Shown here: positions 16,778-26,875 of the stretch, piece after piece
Layout: each line of letters opens with the position of its first letter
Position numbering within the stretch: the stretch's first letter is position 1
Origin: Candidatus Hydrogenedentota bacterium
GTDB lineage: Bacteria > Hydrogenedentota > Hydrogenedentia > Hydrogenedentales > SLHB01
NCBI GenBank assembly: GCA_045863295.1
Contig: BTWA01000031.1
Coordinates: 1-64,000, forward strand
DNA: 64,000 nucleotides
Direction: 5' to 3'
Translations under genes and position numbers: made by a program
The notes under the pieces: model-generated
The model's input: the letters and a program-made list of their open reading frames with translations, nothing else
Databases searched by the model: none
What the model was told of the DNA's origin: nothing

Positions 16778-18154
16778 ATGCCCGGTAACGAGAAATTGCC
16801 GCCGCTAGAACAGAACTCTCCGCTTCTTACGTTCCTCAAGCAGGATGCCGTAGCCGCTTGCCTGTTGTTGCTATCGGCCGTTATCGCCATGGTGTGTGCC
16901 AACTCCGCCGTCCACGAGTGGTACCACAATCTCTGGCATCAATATGCCGGGTTCTCACTGGGCGATTTCGCGCTGAAGTACAGCCTACACCACTGGGTCA
17001 ATGACGGGCTGATGTCGATCTTCTTTTTTTTGGTTGGGTTGGAGATTAAGCGCGAATTGCTGGTCGGCGAACTGGCGTCGATACGCAAAGCGACGCTCCC
17101 CGCGGCCGCCGCCCTTGGCGGTATGATTTTTCCGGCATTGATTTACACGGTTTTCAATTTTGGCAAACCTACGGCCGGTGGGTGGGGCGTTCCGATGGCC
17201 ACGGACATCGCATTTGCCACCGGGTGTCTGGCCTTGTTGGGGAGGCGGATCCCTGCCTCGCTCAGCGTGTTTCTCATGGCATTGGCAATTGTGGACGATC
17301 TCGGATCGGTCACCGTCATCGCCCTGTTCTACTCGGATCAAATCGCGTTGCGGCCGTTGATCATCGGCACGGCAATGATCGTTCTCTCATACGGCCTTGC
17401 CCGCAAGGGCGTACGCGCTACGTGGGTCTATGTCGCAATCGGGGCCGTAGTGTGGTTCGAATTCCTGCAATCCGGCGTGCATGCCACTATCGCAGGCGTG
17501 TTGCTTGCCTTTACAATTCCGCCCGATGCCCAGTACGAAACGCCGAACTTCTTTGGCCGAATGTCCATTCTGCTTCGACGGTTCAATGACGCGGAAGACT
17601 TCGCCAACCCGCTGCTCGTGAATGGCCGCCAACAACAAATCATTCGCTCGATCTTGCGGGAGTGCCATCACGTGGAGGCTCCGCTCCAACGCATTGAGCA
17701 CCTGCTTCATCCATTCAGCGTGTTTCTTATCATGCCGGTGTTTGCATTCGCCAATTCAGGCGTGCATTTGGATTGGGGCGAGGTGCCGCGCATGATGGGC
17801 GAATCCGTGACGCTTGGCATCATTTTTGGGCTAATCCTTGGGAAGCAAATTGGCATCATGTCGTTCTGTTGGGTAACCGTCAAGTTGGGTTGGGCCGAAT
17901 TGCCCAAGGGCGTCAAATGGATTCAGATCTACGGCGTCAGTTGGCTTGCCGCAATCGGTTTCACCATGGCGCTCTTTGTAAATGAACTGGCGTTCAAGAA
18001 CGTTGAAGACGCAGAGATATATCTTGCGGAAGGTAAAGTGGGTACATTTACCGCGAGCATTATCGCGGGTATCGTCGGCGTCCTGATTCTTCGCGCGGTT
18101 TGTCCGCTTCCGCCGCAAGGCGCCGAGTCAGAAGCACCCCGCAAAGGCCACTGA
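16778..18154 (+). CDS. nhaA: Na+/H+ antiporter NhaA
   Basis: WVNDGLMSIFFFLVGLEIKRE, GWGVPMATDIAF, LAIVDDLG, SGVHATIAGV, IGFTMALF. AGAGGAG RBS before ATG 16778. Confidence 0.96.
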   Translation: MPGNEKLPPLEQNSPLLTFLKQDAVAACLLLLSAVIAMVCANSAVHEWYHNLWHQYAGFSLGDFALKYSLHHWVNDGLMSIFFFLVGLEIKRELLVGELASIRKATLPAAAALGGMIFPALIYTVFNFGKPTAGGWGVPMATDIAFATGCLALLGRRIPASLSVFLMALAIVDDLGSVTVIALFYSDQIALRPLIIGTAMIVLSYGLARKGVRATWVYVAIGAVVWFEFLQSGVHATIAGVLLAFTIPPDAQYETPNFFGRMSILLRRFNDAEDFANPLLVNGRQQQIIRSILRECHHVEAPLQRIEHLLHPFSVFLIMPVFAFANSGVHLDWGEVPRMMGESVTLGIIFGLILGKQIGIMSFCWVTVKLGWAELPKGVKWIQIYGVSWLAAIGFTMALFVNELAFKNVEDAEIYLAEGKVGTFTASIIAGIVGVLILRAVCPLPPQGAESEAPRKGH

Positions 18155-18192
18155 TTCATGGCGCATTGCAATGCAGGCCGCCGAGTCCGCGG

Positions 18193-18960
18193 TCAACGAG
18201 GCGGCATGCGCAATGCCCCGTCCAGACGGATAGTCTCTCCATTCAAATAGGGATTCTCCAAGACCTGCCGCACCATGTGCGCAAACTCCACCGCAGCACC
18301 CAGTCGCTTCGGAAACGGGATGGTGTCGGCCAGCGCGTCCTTCTGATCCTGCGGAAGCATGGCCATCAAGGGGGTATCGAAAAGCCCCGGCGCGATGGTG
18401 ACGACGCGGATACCCATGGTGGCGAGGTCGCGGGCCATGGCCAATGTCATGCCGACAATGCCCGCCTTGGAAGATGCATATGCCACCTGGCCAATTTGAC
18501 CGTCAAACGCCGCAATGGAGGCCGTATTCACGATTACGCCCCGTTCCCCGGTTTCCAGCGGGACATTGGCCGTGATGGCCGCGGCGGCCAGCCGGGCCAC
18601 ATTGAACGTCCCTATCAGATTAATGTTGATAACTGTTTTGAAGGCTTCAAGATCATGCGGACCTGATTTGCTCGTGGTGCGCATGGCCATGCCGACACCC
18701 GCACAATTGACGGCGCCGTGCAGAGGCCCAAATTGTGCCACCGCCTTTTGAATCGCCTCTTGGACACTTGACTCGTCCGTAACGTCGGTCCGGACAAAAA
18801 CCGCCGCATCACCCAACTCTTGCGCCAGCGCATTTCCGCCTTCGTCGTTTACGTCGGCAACAATGGCGCGCCCGCCCGCATCCGCGATCATGCGGACCGT
18901 CGCCGCGCCCAGCCCCGACGATCCACCAGTTACGAATACGGTCTTTCCTGCGATGTCCAT
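18193..18960 (-). CDS. SDR family 3-hydroxyacyl-CoA dehydrogenase (HSD10/HADH2-like)
   Basis: [55 protein letters not shown]. Confidence 0.92.
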   Translation of the reverse strand: MDIAGKTVFVTGGSSGLGAATVRMIADAGGRAIVADVNDEGGNALAQELGDAAVFVRTDVTDESSVQEAIQKAVAQFGPLHGAVNCAGVGMAMRTTSKSGPHDLEAFKTVININLIGTFNVARLAAAAITANVPLETGERGVIVNTASIAAFDGQIGQVAYASSKAGIVGMTLAMARDLATMGIRVVTIAPGLFDTPLMAMLPQDQKDALADTIPFPKRLGAAVEFAHMVRQVLENPYLNGETIRLDGALRMPPR

Positions 18961-19050
18961 TGGTATTCCCCAATACAGTCGGATGCCCCTTGATTTCGAT
19001 TGTCAGTATACCGAAACCACAGGGAGGCCGGAATAGGCAGGGTTGGGAAA

Positions 19051-21609
19051 TTAAGGGGTGGGATCCGGCGCGGCAGGCGTTTCGGGTTCGACCGGTTGAG
19101 GGAAGACCGTGCCGTCCGGCGAAACGACTTCCTGGTTCTCGGGCAATACGGGCACGAACGGACGGCTGGCTTCGAAGTCCGCGCGTAAGCCCGCTTCCAT
19201 GGCCGCCTCCGACACGTCCGTCACGAACCGTGCCGGCGCATTGGGATGCGCGCGCACAATGACGGTGGGTTTGACTTTACCGGCCGCTGCCTCGAAGAAA
19301 CGCTTGCGCAGAGCCTCCAACGTGACAAGGTGGCCTTCGGAATACAGCGTTCCCGCCTCGCCGATGGATACGCTGATTTCATTCGCGTTGCCCGTAATCT
19401 TCTGTTCCATGCGCTGCCAGACGTTCTTCTGCGAACGGCGAAGTTCGTCCGCCGCGTCTGCATCTACCTGGGCGATGGTAGTAGCCTCGGGCTGCGTGAA
19501 TTCATCCACAATAGTGGGCGTGATGAAGATAATCAGTTCCCGTTCCTGATTGTCCCGCGAGGTCGTCTTGAACAAGCGGCCCACCAGGGGTATATCGCCA
19601 AGCACCGGCACGCGATCGACGTCATTGCCAATGCTCGTGGCGCGCAGACCGCCAATTACAATGGTCTGGCCGTCGCGCACAAGAATCTGTGTTTCGGCCT
19701 TGCTCTGCGTCTTCTCCGGTACCGTGCTTTCCAGTCCGCCCGCAAGTATGATCTTGTCTTCGGCAGTGCTGTCTTCGGCTTCGATATCCATTAGCACATT
19801 TTCTTCCCCATTAATTCGGGGCAATACTTTCAAAATGGTGCCAACCGGAATGAATTGAATCTGGCCGGGCACCACGCGTCCGGATGCCACATCACTGTTG
19901 TCGTCAACAACCACGCCTTGTGTCGTGTACCCCACGGATTGAAACGCACGATCAGTGGTGTTTTCGAAGATGGCTTCCTGCCCGTCCTGAACCGTCACGC
20001 GCGGGCGGGCCAGTACAGACAACGCACCCTGCCGGTCCAGGTAATTCAGCACCACCGCCACGCGATTGCCCTTGAAATCGGGATCGAGGATGTATTCGGG
20101 ATCGTCCGGTATCGGTGCCGCTTCATTGTTGTTGGCGTCATCCAGGAATTGATACAAACGTCCCCAGCCGTCGCGGTAAAACTCCCGGTAAGGCAATCGG
20201 CCCACGCTAAAGCGTTGCCCCTGCTCAGGCGACGCAGTATAGTCGGGCGTATTCTGGCCGCTCTGAATGGCAAACGGGACTCCGGCAATCTCATCGAAAT
20301 ACGACCAATCGATCCCGAACTCGCGCGTAACGTTCTTTTGCGCCGCCACAAGATAGGCCTCAATCTGCACTTGGCGGCCCTTTACATCCCACGACTGAAT
20401 CATCTGATCGATCTGCGCAATGCGCTCCGGTATGGCCGTTACCGTCACTTGATGAGTCAATTCATTGATGGTGACCGTGCCCATTTCTTCCGGAACCATG
20501 CCCTCCAACCGTTCCAGAACGATTTCCGCGTCCGCGTAGTTCAGAGTCCACGTGCGCGTCTCAAGGGCAACATCCAGCGCTTCCACGACCTCGGCGATCT
20601 GTTCCTGGCGCGAAGGCAAGTCCGTGATTACAAGCGCGTTCACGCGAGGATCCACGTGCGCTACGCCTCGCTCAGACAGCAGGGCCGTCACCGTCTCCAG
20701 CAGCTTGCTTGCCTCCAGATGGTTCAGATTGAACACGCGCGGCGCAAGTGGCACATCCAGTGCGGTTACCGTTTGTTCCATGATTCGGATATTGTCGGCG
20801 GTATCCCAGACAAAAATCTTTCCCGTACGCGGATCCGGCACGATGCGTCCCGTGGAGGAAAGCATCGTCGTTAGAATCGACTGAATGTCCAGCACGTCCG
20901 CGTGGCGGATATCGAACTCGGATTTGACGGTTTCGCCGTATTCGCTGTCCAGGTATTCGGTATCCGTCATTACATACAGAAACCGGTTTGCCTCATCGAA
21001 ATCGTAATACACCCCGTTAAAGCGCAACACTTCCAGCAATTCCTTTGCGTGCGCGCCCTTCAACCAGAAGCGGACCTTTTTCTCTTCGACACCCGGCGAA
21101 GCGACAATGTTCCAACCGGTGGCCTGGGCGATGGCGTCGAGTACTTCGACCACGGGTTTGGGCTCCAGCGCCGCATCCAGATCGACCACGTCTCCTTCAT
21201 CCGGCACCTCGTTGGTCGGAACCGGCCGGTTCAAGATGAGATCCAACGGTCCTACAGTGACCCCAGGCGCCGTTCGGCGCGAACCCGTGACCACGTGGAC
21301 GCCAGCCGGTGGAGTGGGTGTAGCGCCCGGCCCACTTGGGACCGTGGTCGAGGATCCGGTCGATGGAGAAGTTTGCCCACCCGCTGCGTACGGCGTCGGC
21401 GCGACCGTGCCCTGGCTTACCACTTCTAAGACGTTGCTCTGCAATTGCGGTTCAGGATTGGGCTGAACCGGAGTCTGTTGCGCTCCTGCGTAGGGTAAGG
21501 TAAATAGCGCCCCAACAACGAAAAGCGTTCGGTTGAGTGCGAGCTTGCTCAGGGATGTACAACGGATTCGGGTCACGGCCGGCCTATTTCCTTCTTCTAA
21601 ACTGGTCAT
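19051..21609 (-). CDS. gspD: Type II secretion secretin with an extra C-terminal ExbD/TolR-like domain
   Basis: N0 and repeated N domains (DPRTGKIFVWD, DPRVNALVITD); QVQIEAYLV; PRVTVQDGQEA; GQTIVIGGL; VPVLGDIPLVGRLFK; ELIIFITPTIV. Exact start uncertain. Confidence 0.9.
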   Translation of the reverse strand: MTSLEEGNRPAVTRIRCTSLSKLALNRTLFVVGALFTLPYAGAQQTPVQPNPEPQLQSNVLEVVSQGTVAPTPYAAGGQTSPSTGSSTTVPSGPGATPTPPAGVHVVTGSRRTAPGVTVGPLDLILNRPVPTNEVPDEGDVVDLDAALEPKPVVEVLDAIAQATGWNIVASPGVEEKKVRFWLKGAHAKELLEVLRFNGVYYDFDEANRFLYVMTDTEYLDSEYGETVKSEFDIRHADVLDIQSILTTMLSSTGRIVPDPRTGKIFVWDTADNIRIMEQTVTALDVPLAPRVFNLNHLEASKLLETVTALLSERGVAHVDPRVNALVITDLPSRQEQIAEVVEALDVALETRTWTLNYADAEIVLERLEGMVPEEMGTVTINELTHQVTVTAIPERIAQIDQMIQSWDVKGRQVQIEAYLVAAQKNVTREFGIDWSYFDEIAGVPFAIQSGQNTPDYTASPEQGQRFSVGRLPYREFYRDGWGRLYQFLDDANNNEAAPIPDDPEYILDPDFKGNRVAVVLNYLDRQGALSVLARPRVTVQDGQEAIFENTTDRAFQSVGYTTQGVVVDDNSDVASGRVVPGQIQFIPVGTILKVLPRINGEENVLMDIEAEDSTAEDKIILAGGLESTVPEKTQSKAETQILVRDGQTIVIGGLRATSIGNDVDRVPVLGDIPLVGRLFKTTSRDNQERELIIFITPTIVDEFTQPEATTIAQVDADAADELRRSQKNVWQRMEQKITGNANEISVSIGEAGTLYSEGHLVTLEALRKRFFEAAAGKVKPTVIVRAHPNAPARFVTDVSEAAMEAGLRADFEASRPFVPVLPENQEVVSPDGTVFPQPVEPETPAAPDPTP

Positions 21610-21656
21610 TCACGGTACAGTATTTACTGCGTTCTACAATTTTGTCAAGAGTTTTC

Positions 21657-22145
21657 TTAGCGCTGCCGGGGTAATTGGATCGTGTACTCCACCCCCAAGT
21701 GTTGCTGCGAAAAAATGACCCCGTCCCCAAGTATCTCCTTGATGACACAACCGCGAACCGACTCGCCCACCCGCAGATATTCGCCACGGGGATTGTCAGG
21801 CTGTACGATCAATACCCGCAAGTCCGACCCACTTCCCATCTGCGCACGCTTGGCAATCACGTCTTTCAAGATGGCCGCAAGATCGGGCGGCGGAGCCACC
21901 GTCTGTGGAGGCGGAATCAATGAATCCCATAAACCGGGTTTGGCATTGAGCGCCGTCCGCATGGCGGCGAAATCGACATTTCGTTCGTCGCCTTCGTCCA
22001 TAGCCGGAGGCGTCACCTGATCGAGCGTCGAAAGATACACGTTGCGTTGCGCGCGAACAGGATTCCACAGGGCCACATACGCGCCCAGTACGGCGATAAG
22101 AGCCAATGTGCCAAATCCAATTCGTCCCAACAGAGCGGATCTCAT
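21657..22145 (-). CDS. GspC/PilP-like T2SS component
   Basis: N-terminal TM and a C-terminal HR-like beta domain (YLRVGESVRGCVIKEILGDGVIF); lies between gspM-like and gspD. Confidence 0.6.
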   Translation of the reverse strand: MRSALLGRIGFGTLALIAVLGAYVALWNPVRAQRNVYLSTLDQVTPPAMDEGDERNVDFAAMRTALNAKPGLWDSLIPPPQTVAPPPDLAAILKDVIAKRAQMGSGSDLRVLIVQPDNPRGEYLRVGESVRGCVIKEILGDGVIFSQQHLGVEYTIQLPRQR

Positions 22146-23206
22146 GGTTTCCCCTCGGCCAGCACATTCACCCGATCCAGGGTAACGGCCGTTCCTGCTT
22201 GTTCAATAACGATCACGGGAACCGCAAGGCTGACACCGTTTCCGGCAGGCACGTTAAAGCGCAATCGGTATCGGTAGAGTTTTCCATCGTTCTTCATGGG
22301 CATGCCGCCCTCAAACGCCTTCAGCGTGAACGCGTCCTGCAGTTCAAGGCGCGCCGTCCCGGTGACAGCCGCATCAACGTCGATCGTCAGCGACACATCG
22401 GGGGGTGCCTCCACAATTTGATAGATGGCGGCGCCTGCGCTCAGCGCCTTGAAATGCGCGGCCTGCGATCCTTCGGAGTAGGTGGACTTGTCCCGTGTCG
22501 CTTCGCAGGCTGGCGCGTTCCACGAGGGAAACTGCGCGGCCACATCATCCCAGGATTCAAACCCTCCGTTGACGGCGAGGTTCTCAACTTCGTTTACCTC
22601 GGGAGCAGTAGTCGCGTCTGATTTACTGTCGATGATGGTACGCGTCACCGTGATCTGGGCGGTTACCAGTTTTTCCAGCGGCTGGCGGGTCAATACGAGG
22701 TTGTCGATACGAAATGCCTGCGAACTTTGCATCAGCCGTTGCAGGAACTCGACGAGGTTGCGCAAATCGGTCGGCTCGGTGCGGAACGAGACTTGATACG
22801 CGCGATACCCAAGGCCGGACGTGTCCATTATGCCTCGAGGCATTTGCCGGATTTCGACCAACTGCGATCCCGGCGCCGGCTGCGTTTCCGAGGCAGTGGG
22901 AGAGAGGTCGCGCATGGCAAGGCGGGCGATTTCCCGGCGCAACCGATCGTGTATCTCTTCTTCGGTCCAAACGCTGGAGTGCTGCTCGGCCATCGCGTTG
23001 TATTGACGATCGACCACCTCGGACAGGAGCGCCTGTTCCGAGTAGAACAAGAGATCCTGCTGTTTCTGCAGAATGGTTTCGTCCAACTCGCCGATCACAG
23101 ACAGGCATCGCAACACAATCAATGCACCGGCCGCGGACACCAGGACGCCCGCCGTCACCATGGCGAGCCGCTGCTCGCGATCGGAAAGCTTATTCCACCA
23201 CGTCAT
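22142..23206 (-). CDS. gspM: GspM-like protein fused to a CBM4/9-like beta-sandwich
   Basis: Typical GspM start WWNKLSDREQRL, TM, ferredoxin-like LVEFLQRL..FRIDNLVL; then ENLAVNGGFESW...LDRVNV. Confidence 0.7.
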   Translation of the reverse strand: MTWWNKLSDREQRLAMVTAGVLVSAAGALIVLRCLSVIGELDETILQKQQDLLFYSEQALLSEVVDRQYNAMAEQHSSVWTEEEIHDRLRREIARLAMRDLSPTASETQPAPGSQLVEIRQMPRGIMDTSGLGYRAYQVSFRTEPTDLRNLVEFLQRLMQSSQAFRIDNLVLTRQPLEKLVTAQITVTRTIIDSKSDATTAPEVNEVENLAVNGGFESWDDVAAQFPSWNAPACEATRDKSTYSEGSQAAHFKALSAGAAIYQIVEAPPDVSLTIDVDAAVTGTARLELQDAFTLKAFEGGMPMKNDGKLYRYRLRFNVPAGNGVSLAVPVIVIEQAGTAVTLDRVNVLAEGKP

Positions 23207-24683
23207 CGGAGCCTTCCTCGCCCTCTTCTTGAGCAGACGCATCGTCCTTGGGAAACGGCATCACGATTTCGTAATCGAACACCTGCTGGCCGTACTCCTG
23301 ATCGGCGCGCCACGGGCCGGTGCTGGCCTGGCTCAAACGCGGCATGGATTCCAAACCGATGCGGCGTAATTCCGCCGCAAGATTGTCGGCACTGCCGGTG
23401 TAACCGGTGCGTCCCCGGAGCCGGGCTTCCTCGCCGTGCGTGTACGAGAACTCCGTGATATTCATGCCGCCTGGCATTTGATCGGAAATGACCGACAGAA
23501 TTTCGAGCGCGGACCCTTTGCGATCCAGGTGTTGTTTCAACCGCATCAGCTGTTTGCGCTTGGAAGTTACGTCGTCGGCAATAGGCTGCACAGCGTCGAT
23601 TCGGCTCTGCAACTCCGCAATGTACGCACTGCGCTGGTAGACCGCATATCCGTAAACGCACCCCAGCGCGAGCACGTTTGCCAAAACGGTCAACGCCGCT
23701 CTTGTCACGATGCGCCGGGCGGCCAACTGCCGGCGTACGCGAAGCAGCGACGCAGGCACAAGGCTGATGCGGATAGGGGATCGATCCTGTGCCGCCACGG
23801 CCGCCCCCAGGGATACCATGGGCAGCAGTCCGCCTACGGCATCCGTATGGGACATCAACGTTTGCGCAAAGCGCGCGGGGGCCACCTCCAAACCCGTAAT
23901 GCCAGCCAGGGCATCCGCGATCCCACCGACTTGCACACAGTCCGAACTGACATAGACGGTATCTACGCCCTGACCGTCTTCCGATTCGCGTCGGTATGCG
24001 GCCAGTGACGTACGCAGTTCCACCGCCAGCTCTTCGATCGCTTCGGCATTGTCCTGCGTGTGTTCCGGCCACGACTGGGCGACTGCAATACCGCGGCTGT
24101 ATTCGACACGGCCGCCATTTAGAATCAAAATCTCAAGGCCGCCTGGCGCCAAATGCACAATGGCAAACCGCTCGTCGTTGCCTTTGCGGCCCTCAATGGC
24201 CGCCGCGGCAAGACACGCGGTGCTGACCAGGATGTGTTCCGCTTCGATGCCGGCTTGGCGCAACCAATCGACTTGTTCTTCCACCGTGTCGCGATGCGCA
24301 AACACGGCGAGGACCCGCGAATGCCCATCGGCCAGGCGCTGCAAAATGGCCTGATCCACGACGATTTCGTTTGCCGGGTAGGGCACGTATTCGCCGGCGC
24401 TCAGCGTGACCATGCCCTTGATTTCATCCGGATCCTGGGAAGGCAGCACGAGCATACGAGAAGTTAGTGTATGGCGCGGAAGCACGAGACACACGTCGTC
24501 CTCCGCAATGCGGTGGGTCTTCGCAAACGCCTTGAATCCGGCCGCTGGACTTGTATCGTCGCCCAGATTTGCGACGGTAAAAGTGGCGGGATCGATACTG
24601 CGGGGCGTGCGCTTCACCCGAAGATGAACCACGCGTCCCGCATCGATCTGCACTATGCTGATTGTATTGGACTTGCGCGCCAC
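23190..24683 (-). CDS. gspL: GspL-like protein (PilM-like cytoplasmic domain, TM, PilN-like periplasmic domain)
   Basis: Actin-like N-domain (SRMLVLPSQD, YVPYPANEIVVD, GRVEYSRGIA), TM, coiled coil, ILSVISDQMPGGMNITEFSY. Confidence 0.75.
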   Translation of the reverse strand: MARKSNTISIVQIDAGRVVHLRVKRTPRSIDPATFTVANLGDDTSPAAGFKAFAKTHRIAEDDVCLVLPRHTLTSRMLVLPSQDPDEIKGMVTLSAGEYVPYPANEIVVDQAILQRLADGHSRVLAVFAHRDTVEEQVDWLRQAGIEAEHILVSTACLAAAAIEGRKGNDERFAIVHLAPGGLEILILNGGRVEYSRGIAVAQSWPEHTQDNAEAIEELAVELRTSLAAYRRESEDGQGVDTVYVSSDCVQVGGIADALAGITGLEVAPARFAQTLMSHTDAVGGLLPMVSLGAAVAAQDRSPIRISLVPASLLRVRRQLAARRIVTRAALTVLANVLALGCVYGYAVYQRSAYIAELQSRIDAVQPIADDVTSKRKQLMRLKQHLDRKGSALEILSVISDQMPGGMNITEFSYTHGEEARLRGRTGYTGSADNLAAELRRIGLESMPRLSQASTGPWRADQEYGQQVFDYEIVMPFPKDDASAQEEGEEGSDDVVE

Positions 24684-24691
24684 GACTAATC

Positions 24692-25657
24692 CTAAAACCC
24701 GCCCGGAATATCGTCCGTGCCTTCAACGCCTTCAGACCACTTGTGGATGACGGCCCCCTCGCCGGTAATTTCAACGACCGCCTTTACTTGCGCGCGTATT
24801 TTCCCTTGCCGCAAGGTGGCAAAGCCTGTCACTGTAAAGAAGCGCGATTCCAGTTTGCAATACCGGCTCAGCGGTGCCAGCCGTTCAGGACTCACCCGGG
24901 TCAGGCCCGAAATGACATCAAAAGAACGAAACCGTCGATCGTCGGCGGTATTCAAATCGCCATCGGGTCCCGATCGGTAGGCGAGAATGGCGCTTACGAT
25001 GTCCGAATCCAGATCGGGAACGGCTTCCAGCACCTCCTCTGAGGCCGTATTCACGTTGATGAGGCCGTCTCCGTACACAGTGAACCGTTCCCGCAGACCC
25101 GGAGAATCTTCCGATCCAAACCACGCGCGATCGGTCACGCCATCGAGATCGCGCACCTCTTCCACGGCGAGAAAAGGCTGGGTCGTATCGTCATCGTCGG
25201 AGAGTGGACCGCTACGCCGCCGCATGATGTCATTCACCGTGGTAAAACTGAGTTCTTCCAGTTCATCCAGTACGTCCTCCGGAGAATCATTCAGCGAGAT
25301 GCGGCTTTCCTCATCGGTAATAACAGCCCTTGCCACGTCGCCGAGATACGATCCGGGATCACCCGGGCGGTACACCTTCAATGCGTTGATTAGGTCCGGA
25401 TGCACCACCGAGACGGGAGGGGGCGTTTCCATATTGAGCGCATCGTATACTCCTTGCAACGCGGCTTGGTTACGCAACAAGGCAACCCCGTAGTTGCAGG
25501 CGCCTGCCGCCATATTGAGGCAACGTACGTGATCGCCGGCCGTGGCCGCGGCGCGATGATCCAGCAACGCGCGATGACCAAACCCCAGGGTCAACACCGT
25601 AAGTACAGCGAGTATCCAGATGACCGAGACCAACGCGAAACCTCGTTGCGCGTTCAC
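24692..25657 (-). CDS. gspK: Minor pseudopilin GspK
   Basis: QRG|FALVSVIWIL, ITDEESRISLN, LINVNTASEEVL, SRFFTV. The GTG start overlaps the gspJ stop (GTGA). Confidence 0.88.
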   Translation of the reverse strand: MNAQRGFALVSVIWILAVLTVLTLGFGHRALLDHRAAATAGDHVRCLNMAAGACNYGVALLRNQAALQGVYDALNMETPPPVSVVHPDLINALKVYRPGDPGSYLGDVARAVITDEESRISLNDSPEDVLDELEELSFTTVNDIMRRRSGPLSDDDDTTQPFLAVEEVRDLDGVTDRAWFGSEDSPGLRERFTVYGDGLINVNTASEEVLEAVPDLDSDIVSAILAYRSGPDGDLNTADDRRFRSFDVISGLTRVSPERLAPLSRYCKLESRFFTVTGFATLRQGKIRAQVKAVVEITGEGAVIHKWSEGVEGTDDIPGGF

Positions 25658-26412
25658 GGTTTCAGTACCTCCGTCTTGCCCAGCATTGGCTCTTCCAAGC
25701 GGGTGGAAGGCCCGTTGACGTTGACAAACGCGGTAAACGTCGTGTCCCCGTCGTCGGCGTTCGGGTCGTACAGCGTGAGCCGCAAGCGAATACCCTGAGG
25801 CATGCCGTCGCCTTCCCCGAGGTGATCCTGCACAATGAACGCAACAGGAACCGGAGGCTGACCCGCCTGAGTGGCATCGGCCTCTTGTTCGAGGTCCGCC
25901 GGGGGTTGCCACAAGTATTCGATACTGAAATCACGCACGCCGTTCGCAAGGTCAAAACTTCGCCGAAGCCCCAGGCGCACACGCGTCCGATCGATCTTGC
26001 CACCTTCCGGCGGGCGCGAAGGCAACGGATCTTCCACCACGCGTTCTTCGCGTACCAGCGTTCGTCCTTTCTGGGTTGCATCGTTTCGCAGCCGGTAGCG
26101 GATCCACAGCACCTGCGCGTCGGAACCTTCGGCGGGATGCATTGGCGGGGTCACCGCGTAAAAAACGAACTCCGAGTCTTCTCCCTCAAACAAATGGGCC
26201 GCGCCGGGCACGAAGTTCTGAAGTTCCCGCGTCATGATGGCCATGGAAGTGCGCGCGTCCTGGTACGTTTGCAGGTTGGCCTCCCCAAGGCGCCAAAGGC
26301 GAATACCCGAACTGAACGCCATATACGCGGCCGTCATCACCAGTGTCAGAATCGACACGGCAACAAGCAGCTCGGCCAGCGTGAAGCCGCTATGGCGTGG
26401 GAGTCGCTGCAT
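25654..26412 (-). CDS. gspJ: Minor pseudopilin GspJ
   Basis: HSG|FTLAELLVAV; C-terminal MPQGIRLRLTL; cluster position. Confidence 0.82.
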   Translation of the reverse strand: MQRLPRHSGFTLAELLVAVSILTLVMTAAYMAFSSGIRLWRLGEANLQTYQDARTSMAIMTRELQNFVPGAAHLFEGEDSEFVFYAVTPPMHPAEGSDAQVLWIRYRLRNDATQKGRTLVREERVVEDPLPSRPPEGGKIDRTRVRLGLRRSFDLANGVRDFSIEYLWQPPADLEQEADATQAGQPPVPVAFIVQDHLGEGDGMPQGIRLRLTLYDPNADDGDTTFTAFVNVNGPSTRLEEPMLGKTEVLKP

Positions 26413-26875
26413 TCGTTCCAGTCTCTCTCGTCCAGATTCGTTCAGGTTGCACCAAGGTTTCCGCGGTGAGTTCATACGGCCGGCCTTGGCGTGTCCAAGT
26501 CACCGTCACGCGCAATCGGCCCAGGAAGCGCACGGGCAAATTGATTTGACCCAAGTGGGGCGGAAGCGTTTGCATGATCGGTGGCGGGTCGAAGGGCACG
26601 CGATCAACCGACCACGTATAGTGGAATCGGCCGTCGGAATCGGAACACACCCCTTTTCCGGAGGTATCCACGGCGATTTTGGGCTCCAGACGCAGACGGC
26701 CCATCACATCCTGCAAATGAAAGGAGGCTTCGGTGTAGTCCCGGGCGAGTGCGCGGGACACCAGCGCCTGGCCCAGTGCGCGGTTCACCGCGATGATGCC
26801 AATGCTCAACACGGCCAGCGCCACAAGCGTCTCAAGCAGTATCCAGCCGCCACGCCTGTCGCGTCGCGTGTTCAT
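26390..26875 (-). CDS. gspI: Minor pseudopilin GspI-like
   Basis: RRGG|WILLETLVALAVL class III signal; FHYTWSV and LRVTVTW strands. Confidence 0.75.
   Translation of the reverse strand: MNTRRDRRGGWILLETLVALAVLSIGIIAVNRALGQALVSRALARDYTEASFHLQDVMGRLRLEPKIAVDTSGKGVCSDSDGRFHYTWSVDRVPFDPPPIMQTLPPHLGQINLPVRFLGRLRVTVTWTRQGRPYELTAETLVQPERIWTRETGTNAATPTP

Noticed and set aside
23190..24683. Novel PilM-PilN fusion or a type IV pilus system
   Set aside because: This is the normal GspL architecture; GspG/GspK signatures and the absence of pilT indicate a T2SS.
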